Assembly: GCA_050290785.1 (NCBI GenBank)
Contig: JBNKIR010000041.1
Coordinates: 44,404 to 108,403, forward strand
Length of the DNA stretch: 64,000 bases
Reading direction: 5' to 3'
DNA from: Sedimenticolaceae bacterium
GTDB lineage: Bacteria > Pseudomonadota > Gammaproteobacteria > Chromatiales > Chromatiaceae
The translations under genes were made by a program, and so were the position numbers. Within the stretch, counting starts at the first letter, position 1, and each line of letters begins with the position of its first letter. Under the pieces are notes generated by a model. It searched no databases. It was not told the DNA's origin and saw only the letters and a program-made list of their open reading frames with translations. Of this stretch, positions 57,318 through 64,000 are shown piece by piece.

Positions 57318-59231
57318 TTACTGACCAGCCTTCTCTTTAGCCTTCAGTTCTGCCAGAGCTTTATCTTCGATATCTCCGACCAGATGATAGAGAGGTGCCT
57401 TTTCCATGGTGTATTCGCCAGTAGCTGGATCACGACGGGAAACTGTCAGTACATGCCAGTTCTCGTCATCCACCTTCATGGCGTCACCACGGTAGTAGTA
57501 ACCCGGCCAACGAGTCTCCTTACGGAACAGGGTGTGCTGGAATACAGACTCTGCAGCAAGATGACGGTGCTTCAGCTCCCATGCACGAAGCAGTTCGTGG
57601 ATGTTCTCTGCAGCAACCTTATCCAGATCCTCCTCCAGGATCTTCATCTTCTTCAGACCGATGCTCAGCAGCTTCTCATTGGTCATGTAGTTAACCGTTA
57701 CACCACCACAGTACTCATCCATCAGCTTCTGCAGACGATCCAGACCCTGACGTGGGTTGATGTAGTTCGGGTTAACACTACCTGCAACGATCTCGTTGCG
57801 GTAAACCTTGTAGTGCTCCAGCGGCTTATAGATCTCGGCCTTGCGGCGATCGATCTGAGCCTGAGAAACAGAGATGCCCTCGGCCTTGCCGTCGTCGATG
57901 TACTTACAGGCAGCCTTGGCAGCCAGACGACCCTCGGTGAAAGAACCGGAGGAGAAGGCGTGCGGAGTTCCGCCGATGGCGTCGCCGGCACCGAACAGAC
58001 CTTCAACGGTGGTCATACGGTTGTAGCCCCAGAAGTACTCGGGTGGAGACAGGTCTTCCGGACCGGAGCACCAGGCGCCGGAACCGGTGGCGTGGGAACC
58101 CATCACATAAGGCTCAGAGGTGGTGAGCTCCGGGTTCTCGTACTTAGGGTTAACGTCGGTAGCGGCCCACAATACGGCCTGACCAACGGTCATACCCAGG
58201 AAGTTGTGCCATCCGATCTCTTCCAGATGCGGGTCCTGGAAGGCCTCCATGGTAACCATGTGGATAGGACCACGACCGGCATTGACCTCATTGATCAGCG
58301 CGTGGTTACGCAGGCAGGTTGGGATAGGACGGTGGGTAGCGTGAGACAGCTCTGGATCCAGATACTCCTTACCTACCATCTTCTGCAACTCAGGGAACCA
58401 CTTGGATTCGTACTCTTCACCGTTGCAGTTCTGGGTGTAGGTCTTCAGATGCAGGAAGTATGCGCCAACCGGACCGTAACCGTCTTTGAAACGGGCCAGA
58501 ACGATCTTGTTCTCCATCTGGGTCATCTTGGCACCGGCGCCGATCAACAGACCATAGGCAGAACCGGAGGACCAAGGTGCGTACCATACACGACCAGCAC
58601 CCTCACCAACGGAGCGTGGCTTGTAGATGTTGGAGGCACCACCGGCACCAACGATAACGGTCTTGGACTTGAAGACGTGGTAGTTACCGGTACGTACGTT
58701 GAAACCAACAGCACCGGCTACGCGGTTCTCTTTGGAATCGTCCATCAGCAGGTGGGTTACACAGATACGGTTATAGACCTTGTCCGCAGATTTTTTGGCG
58801 GCTTCGGCCACCAGCGGCTTGTAGGACTCACCGTGGATCATGATCTGCCAGCGACCTTCACGCAGATAGGCTCCGGTCTTCGGGTTGCGCATGATCGGCA
58901 TGCCCCAATCCTCAAACTGATGCACGGTTGAGTCAACGTGACGGGCCATATCGAAGGCCAGGTCTTCGCGCACCATACCCATCAGGTCGATACGGGCGTA
59001 ACGCACGTGATCTTCCGGATTGTTCTCGCCAAAGCGGGTGCCCATGTAGCAGTTGATCGCGTACAGTCCCTGCGCCACAGCGCCGGAACGGTCGATGTTT
59101 GCTTTTTCTGCAATAACGATCTTCTTGTCCTTGCCCCAGTAACGCGCCTCAAAGGCAGCACCGGTACCGCCAAGGCCAGCACCTGCAACCAGGATATCGA
59201 TATTGTCTTCTACGATAGTTTTGTAAGCCAT
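57318..59231 (-). CDS. aprA: Adenylylsulfate (APS) reductase alpha subunit, copy 2
   Basis: 637 aa with an FAD fingerprint (ILVAGAGLGGTGAA), DRSGAVAQGLYAIN and RFKDGYGPVGAYF. It has a TAATG overlap with aprB-2. Confidence 0.95.
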   Translation of the reverse strand: MAYKTIVEDNIDILVAGAGLGGTGAAFEARYWGKDKKIVIAEKANIDRSGAVAQGLYAINCYMGTRFGENNPEDHVRYARIDLMGMVREDLAFDMARHVDSTVHQFEDWGMPIMRNPKTGAYLREGRWQIMIHGESYKPLVAEAAKKSADKVYNRICVTHLLMDDSKENRVAGAVGFNVRTGNYHVFKSKTVIVGAGGASNIYKPRSVGEGAGRVWYAPWSSGSAYGLLIGAGAKMTQMENKIVLARFKDGYGPVGAYFLHLKTYTQNCNGEEYESKWFPELQKMVGKEYLDPELSHATHRPIPTCLRNHALINEVNAGRGPIHMVTMEAFQDPHLEEIGWHNFLGMTVGQAVLWAATDVNPKYENPELTTSEPYVMGSHATGSGAWCSGPEDLSPPEYFWGYNRMTTVEGLFGAGDAIGGTPHAFSSGSFTEGRLAAKAACKYIDDGKAEGISVSQAQIDRRKAEIYKPLEHYKVYRNEIVAGSVNPNYINPRQGLDRLQKLMDEYCGGVTVNYMTNEKLLSIGLKKMKILEEDLDKVAAENIHELLRAWELKHRHLAAESVFQHTLFRKETRWPGYYYRGDAMKVDDENWHVLTVSRRDPATGEYTMEKAPLYHLVGDIEDKALAELKAKEKAGQ

Positions 59232-59713
59232 TAGTAGTACACCCCTGCTTTCATTTCCAGGCCATTGGATTCCAGCGTGTGCAGGTCTCCATCATCCAGA
59301 CGGATGTATTTCGGCTCGTTAAAAAGTAACTGGCTATCACGTTGTTCCTGAGTAGGCGCGGATTCATTGGCCAGCTTAGGAATTCCGACCCCCCATGGTT
59401 TGGTGGTTATAGGAGCCAGCAGGTTTAGGTCAGTTTCGCCGTTACGGGACTTGATGCGCCAAGCGATAACGCCCTTTTCCTCATCACGGATAGCGCGTAC
59501 CGAGTGACCCAGCGGAGCGAAGTCGGCATAGCCACGAACGTCGATAGCATTATGTGGGCAGGCCTTAACACAGGAGTAGCACTCCCAGCACATGTTAGGC
59601 TCAAGATTGTAAGCACGACGATAGGTGGTATCGATGTGCATAATGTCGGACGGGCAGATATCAACACAGTGTCCACAACCGTCACAACGAGTCATATATA
59701 CAAATGTAGGCAT
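59231..59713 (-). CDS. aprB: Adenylylsulfate (APS) reductase beta subunit, copy 2
   Basis: 160 aa with CDGCGHCVDICP and CWECYSCVKACP ferredoxin motifs and a long C-terminal tail. Confidence 0.93.
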   Translation of the reverse strand: MPTFVYMTRCDGCGHCVDICPSDIMHIDTTYRRAYNLEPNMCWECYSCVKACPHNAIDVRGYADFAPLGHSVRAIRDEEKGVIAWRIKSRNGETDLNLLAPITTKPWGVGIPKLANESAPTQEQRDSQLLFNEPKYIRLDDGDLHTLESNGLEMKAGVYY

Positions 59714-59751
59714 TTTATTCCTCTCTTTTAATTAGTTCGTTGAGCGGATAC

Positions 59752-60594
59752 TTAGTAGTGACGTGGGTGTTCACGCTTGATGCCAAGCCCCATGTAACCA
59801 GGCTTTTCGCCCATGTACTCAGGGATATCCGGATATCTTGCATGCACCTTAGGATCTGACAGATCAGGTACGTCAGGCAGATTCTCTTGTGAACCATCCG
59901 CTTTGGTGATCTTCTTCTGGTAGGCGGCAGCCGGCTTGAAGAACATGTGGGCGAACTTCGACCACAATACTGTTGTGAACAGGACGGTGCTTGCGATGAA
60001 GTAGATCACAAAGAACAGCAGACTCAATCCGGCAAGGCCCGCGCCTGAGAGAGACCAAAGCAGTCCGAAAGTGGTGGTCATCAGCAGGGAGACGATAAAG
60101 AGGTCGGCCATAGCCAATTTGAATATCTTTTTACCCTCTGAGTTTACGTCCACACGGATAGAGAACCAGAACCAGTAGCCTCCGACCATAACCAGAGCCG
60201 CGCCCAGATGCCACAATATCGGCCAGATGCCGGCTGCAGCCACCGTTGGGAACAGAAAGATCTGCACGATGGTGGAAACCATAAACATGATGAAACCGTA
60301 CATCAGGCAAAGGTGAGAGATCCTGCGTTTAACGTTGTTAAACTCGGAGGAAGTCATGATCTCCCCAAGGAGGGTGGAAATCATAAGGCCGATTTTCTGC
60401 CCGCCGCTAACGGTGCGGGTGGCATTCTTTTGGGCCTTCTTCGCATTCTCGAAAAAGTATTTGGCACTCTTCTTATGGACGGTATCCAGAATGGTGCCAC
60501 CGATCACTGCAATCAACATCAGAACGATGTAAATTTGCATGATCATTGGCGAGATAAATGCTGATAGCTCGCTAAATGGGTTGGTTGTAATCAT
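59752..60594 (-). CDS. aprM: Putative APS reductase membrane anchor AprM
   Basis: 280 aa with about 5 TM helices and a cytoplasmic tail. It lies directly upstream of aprBA in the aprMBA order described for Allochromatium-type loci. The assignment rests mostly on position and topology. Confidence 0.7.
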   Translation of the reverse strand: MITTNPFSELSAFISPMIMQIYIVLMLIAVIGGTILDTVHKKSAKYFFENAKKAQKNATRTVSGGQKIGLMISTLLGEIMTSSEFNNVKRRISHLCLMYGFIMFMVSTIVQIFLFPTVAAAGIWPILWHLGAALVMVGGYWFWFSIRVDVNSEGKKIFKLAMADLFIVSLLMTTTFGLLWSLSGAGLAGLSLLFFVIYFIASTVLFTTVLWSKFAHMFFKPAAAYQKKITKADGSQENLPDVPDLSDPKVHARYPDIPEYMGEKPGYMGLGIKREHPRHY

Positions 60595-60784
60595 TGTCTC
60601 CTCTCTCCCGGGGATAGTGGACGTCTTTAAAATAGTGAAAACCAGCCAATAATAAACATATGGCGTAGTATCCTCTAATTAGTAATCCTTTGTAGTTGAT
60701 TAGCGGGGTTAATAGATCACGGCAGGGGCCCGTGTCCCGTGCCTGGCATGAGGCGACTATATCATAGGGGCTAAGGTCTGGTGC

Positions 60785-62230
60785 CTAGCGTTTCCAGAAT
60801 GGCGGATAGAACAGGATTAAAAGGGTAAAGATCTCCAGCCGCCCCACCAGCATCCCGAAGATTCCGAGCCACTTGACGGTGGGAGTGACCGTCGTAAAGT
60901 TCACTGCCACCTCGCCCAGCCCCGGACCCAGTAGATTTATGGTTGCGACTACCGCGCCGAGAGCGGACACCAGATCGAGTCCGGCCGTCATCATCGCCAG
61001 GGTGAGGAGTAGGGAGGTAATGATATACAGGACATAAAAGCCCCAGACCGAAAACAGCACGTTTTCCGCCACGGCCCTGTCCCCCAATTTAACCACAGTA
61101 ACAGCCTTGGGATGGGAGAGATGGAACAGCTCCCGCAGACCGAGTTTTGCCAGCAGCAAAATACGCAGGATCTTGATGCCGCCGGCCGTGGAGCCGACGC
61201 AACCACCGATGAACGAGAGTATGATCAGCGTGAGGGGGATGTGCAGTGGCCAGTCGGCGAAATTGGCGGTGGTGAATCCGGTGCTGGTAAGAACCGATGC
61301 GATCTGAAAACTGGAATGCCGCAGTGATTCCCAAAATCCCGGATAGGTGTTGGCGGCAAACAGACTGATGGCGACGATCAGGGTCGAAACCAAAAAGATC
61401 ATCCCATAGGTGCTGACCTCGGGGTCAGCGGTGTATTGTTTGGTAGACCTCCGCCTCAAAGCGACAAAATGGACCGCAAAATTTGCACCACCTGACAGCA
61501 TAAAGACTATGGCTATGCCCTCTATGAGTTGGCTTTGATAATATCCTATGCTGCTATCGTGGGTAGAGAATCCACCGGTGGCGATGGTGGAGAAGGCATG
61601 GCCGATCGCATCAAACAGATTCATGCCGGCCGCCCAGAATGCCAGGGCACAGGCGATAGTAAGGCTAAGGTAGATCATCCACAGTGAGCGCGCGGTTTCG
61701 GCTATCCTGGGGGTAATCTTGTCCTGTTGGGAGATCCCGGAGGCCTCCGCCCGATACAGCTGCATGCCGCCAACACCCAACAGGGGAAGGATGGCCACGG
61801 CCAACACGATTATACCCATGCCGCCAAGCCACTGGATCTGTTGCCTATGGTAGAGGATGGATTGTGGCAGTTGATCCAGCCCCACGATAACCGTCGCCCC
61901 GGTGGTGGTGAACCCGGACACAGACTCAAAGATGGCGTCGGTGATATTGAGATGCAGTCCAAGGATAAAAGGCAGGGCGCCGACGATACCCAATATGACC
62001 CAAAACAGCGTAACGACCAGAAAGCCGTCGCGCACAGACAATTCGCTATGCTGCCTGATATTGGGGAGCCATAGTAGCAGGCCGACAAATGCCGTGGTGA
62101 GCAGGGAGGCCACAAAGTTCATCCACTGCCCGTCATGATAGAGCAGCGAAACGCCGATGGAAGGCAGAAAGCTCATGCTGTAAAGCAGGAGCAGAATACC
62201 GAACATCTGTGTTATTGCTCTCCAATGCAT
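60785..62230 (-). CDS. trkH: TrkH-family potassium transporter (copy 2), no adjacent trkA
   Basis: 481 aa, collinear with copy 1 (shared blocks DAIFES.SG.TTTGATVIVGLD, QWLGGMGIIVLAVA, GGFSTHD). Confidence 0.92.
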   Translation of the reverse strand: MHWRAITQMFGILLLLYSMSFLPSIGVSLLYHDGQWMNFVASLLTTAFVGLLLWLPNIRQHSELSVRDGFLVVTLFWVILGIVGALPFILGLHLNITDAIFESVSGFTTTGATVIVGLDQLPQSILYHRQQIQWLGGMGIIVLAVAILPLLGVGGMQLYRAEASGISQQDKITPRIAETARSLWMIYLSLTIACALAFWAAGMNLFDAIGHAFSTIATGGFSTHDSSIGYYQSQLIEGIAIVFMLSGGANFAVHFVALRRRSTKQYTADPEVSTYGMIFLVSTLIVAISLFAANTYPGFWESLRHSSFQIASVLTSTGFTTANFADWPLHIPLTLIILSFIGGCVGSTAGGIKILRILLLAKLGLRELFHLSHPKAVTVVKLGDRAVAENVLFSVWGFYVLYIITSLLLTLAMMTAGLDLVSALGAVVATINLLGPGLGEVAVNFTTVTPTVKWLGIFGMLVGRLEIFTLLILFYPPFWKR

Positions 62231-62390
62231 GGTGTCAGTCGCCTTTTAAGGAGTTTGTCGTCAAAAAGAGGATGACGCCTGATCGGAGGTGAGGAAGAGA
62301 TAGATATACATATCGATGCTATCAACAATCGTTATCTGATTAATTATCTGTGCTGAAGGGATAAAGGGCACATAAAAAAAACGTAAAAAA

Positions 62391-62407
62391 TTTACATTAT
62401 TTTTATT
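62391..62407 (+). promoter_or_regulatory. KdpE-box-like direct repeat TTTACA-N5-TTTATT
   Basis: These are 6-bp AT-rich direct repeats with 11-bp periodicity in the trkH2/kdpD-like intergenic region. They resemble the E. coli kdpFABC KdpE site TTTATA-N5-TTTACA, recalled from memory. Confidence 0.25.
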
Positions 62408-62409
62408 TC

Positions 62410-63969
62410 ATGGTTGTATTGTCCGATGCGTCGCATGAACCATGCCGCGCCGGGAGTTGTATGCCTCGTATCACACGAAAAAACGGTTTCGATATCTCAT
62501 CTACCTCACCCGTTACGCACTATGCGAGCGCGGTGGGCGTAGTCCTGGCCTCGGTGGTACTGGCATCTCCAGTGCACCGCTTGATGCCGCACGCCAGCCT
62601 CTCCCTGCTGTTTTTGACCGGGGTGCTGATCGTGTCGGCGCGCACCGGCCTTGGTCCTTCACTCTTTTCCAGTGTGCTCAGCTTCCTGGCCTTCAACTTC
62701 TTTTTTACCCAGCCCTACTACACGTTGGCTGTGGCGGATGACGGTGATGTGGCCACACTGGTCTTTTTCCTCTTTATGGCTGCCATCACCGGCAATCTTG
62801 CGGCACGCATGCATAGAGAGATGGATAAAAGCCAAGCATCGCTGCAACGTATTTCCAATCTTTACGAGTTTAACCGGCGCATGTCGTCTGCCGTGGGGGC
62901 CGAGGCCGTGCTGGAGGCCACGGCGGATCATCTTGCCCATTCCATAGACGCCCCCGTTGTGGTGCTCATGGCGCGATCTGGTGAGCCGTTGATGGTAAGC
63001 GCCCAGGCAGGAGGGGAGATGGAACCAGAACGGGCCAGTATTGACGCCGCCTGGGCACAAAACGATATGGGGCCGGCAGTTGATGGTCCCTGGCACTTCC
63101 TGAAACTGACGACCAACCAGGAACCGATCGGCATGGTGGCTATTTACGGAGACCTGGATAGTGAGCAGATAACCCTGGCCCGCACCCTGTGTAATCAGGC
63201 AGCAATCGTCCTGGACCGGATTAATCTGGTGGAAGATCTGGAGAAGGCCAGGCTGGTGTCGGAGACGGAACGATTGCGTTCGGCCCTGTTGTCATCCGTT
63301 TCACATGATCTGCGCACACCGCTGGCATCTATCGTCGGATCCGCCACCAGCCTGCTTGAATATGGCGCGTCTTTCACCGATGAAGATCGCAGAGAGTTAT
63401 TGGCGACCGTATTGGACGAGGCCAGGCGTCTGGATCGCCATATACAAAACCTGCTGGATATGACCCGTCTCGGCCAGGGGAGTCTGAATCTGAAACGGGA
63501 CTGGGTGGATGTACACGATATCGTTTCCAGCGCCGTGAGCAGACTGAGGGACACCATTAAGGGGTTGTCGATCAGGGTCGATATAGCCGATGATGTGCCG
63601 CTGTTATGGGTACATGGCATCCTGATTGAACAGGCGCTGGTAAACCTTCTGGACAATGCGGCATGTTTCTCACCCAGCGAGGGTGAGATTAAGGTCAACG
63701 TTCAGACGAACAGTGATCTGGTGTTGCTTGATGTGTGCGACTCCGGCCCCGGAATTCCTGAAGAGGAGAGGGAGAAGATATTCGATATGTTCTACACCGT
63801 GGGCAAGGGTGACAGTGGCAAGACCAAGGGGACCGGATTGGGCCTGGCCATCTGCCGTGGCATGATCGCCGCCCACGGCGGCAGTGTGAGCGCCCTTAAT
63901 GGGAGGGGCGGCAAAGGCACCTGCATGCGGGTTGAGCTACCCATAAGGCAACCGGAGGGTGCGGAATGA
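62410..63969 (+). CDS. kdpD: KdpD-like sensor histidine kinase lacking the N-terminal KdpD/Usp module
   Basis: 519 aa (alternative start at MPRITRK, 62461). It begins with a DUF4118-type four-helix TM block, followed by a GAF-like linker, an H-box (SHDLRTPLASI) and N/G boxes (DSGPGIP, GTGLGLAI). Confidence 0.85.
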   Translation: MVVLSDASHEPCRAGSCMPRITRKNGFDISSTSPVTHYASAVGVVLASVVLASPVHRLMPHASLSLLFLTGVLIVSARTGLGPSLFSSVLSFLAFNFFFTQPYYTLAVADDGDVATLVFFLFMAAITGNLAARMHREMDKSQASLQRISNLYEFNRRMSSAVGAEAVLEATADHLAHSIDAPVVVLMARSGEPLMVSAQAGGEMEPERASIDAAWAQNDMGPAVDGPWHFLKLTTNQEPIGMVAIYGDLDSEQITLARTLCNQAAIVLDRINLVEDLEKARLVSETERLRSALLSSVSHDLRTPLASIVGSATSLLEYGASFTDEDRRELLATVLDEARRLDRHIQNLLDMTRLGQGSLNLKRDWVDVHDIVSSAVSRLRDTIKGLSIRVDIADDVPLLWVHGILIEQALVNLLDNAACFSPSEGEIKVNVQTNSDLVLLDVCDSGPGIPEEEREKIFDMFYTVGKGDSGKTKGTGLGLAICRGMIAAHGGSVSALNGRGGKGTCMRVELPIRQPEGAE

Positions 63970-64000
63970 GCTCGGCGGGACGCATACTCATCGTTGAAGA
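63966..64000 (+). CDS. Response regulator (KdpE-like), N-terminal fragment at the window edge
   Basis: ATGA overlap with the kinase stop. The translation MSSAGRILIVE looks like the start of a REC domain. Only 11 codons are visible. Confidence 0.5.
   Translation, partial: MSSAGRILIVE

Noticed and set aside
57384-58931. 515-aa + strand ORF, the longest unassigned ORF in the track.
   Set aside because: It lies entirely antisense to aprA-2 and in exact codon register with it. It stays open simply because the sense gene avoids TTA, CTA and TCA. The translation is low-complexity (G/V/T/L-rich) with no motifs. It is treated as a codon-bias artefact.

Overview
This looks like a chromosomal segment (about 53% GC by eye) of a sulfur-oxidising gammaproteobacterium. 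That placement is an inference from gene content and synteny. No rRNA, tRNA, CRISPR array, transposase or integrase was recognised. All calls come from reading the supplied translations and the DNA by eye. No database search was run, and start codons are approximate.

**Gene content by region**
- **1-26 kb: conserved housekeeping synteny.** Genes are prlC, lemA plus a GIDE-domain gene, a yrdA-like gene, aroE, hemB, an mlaC-like gene, slyX, tsaC, purE, an MFS transporter and topA-smg-dprA. These are followed by a LysM/TsaP-like gene lying divergent to def-fmt-rsmB, a DUF4390 gene, an ntrY/ntrX-like pair and trkA-trkH.
- **26-62 kb: energy metabolism and signalling.**
  - There are two divergent paralogous APS reductase loci. 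The aprBA locus at 27.7-30.2 kb has no aprM or qmo beside it. The aprM-aprB-aprA locus at 57.3-60.6 kb is on the minus strand.
  - Carbohydrate genes are glk and glgP.
  - There is a dense set of c-di-GMP genes: a heme-c sensor GGDEF-EAL protein, an HD-GYP protein and two PilZ-like paralogs.
  - Also present are ggt, djlA, pilU, slyD, a second trkH, and a truncated kdpD-like kinase with the start of a kdpE-like gene.

**Candidates most worth follow-up**
1. Two tandem paralogous proteins of about 575-615 aa (36.9-40.6 kb). They share an unrecognised N-terminal domain and a split, non-canonical PilZ-like C-terminus. They lie between a DUF3365-HAMP-GAF-PAS-GGDEF-EAL enzyme and a membrane-anchored retropepsin-like protease.
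2. A translationally coupled pair made of an AdoMetDC-fold protein and a SET-domain methyltransferase (31.2-32.1 kb).
3. The aprBA locus that lacks aprM/qmo and is flanked by a YkgJ-type Cys-rich protein and a thioredoxin/HEAT protein.
4. An 1188-aa protein built from cNMP x2, rhodanese, coiled coil, a TM segment and an FGE/SUMF1 domain.
5. A truncated KdpD/KdpE pair divergent from a second trkH, with a KdpE-box-like direct repeat between them.
6. A repeat-laden 490-bp non-coding region plus an unlisted 53-aa ORF near 53.0-53.7 kb.
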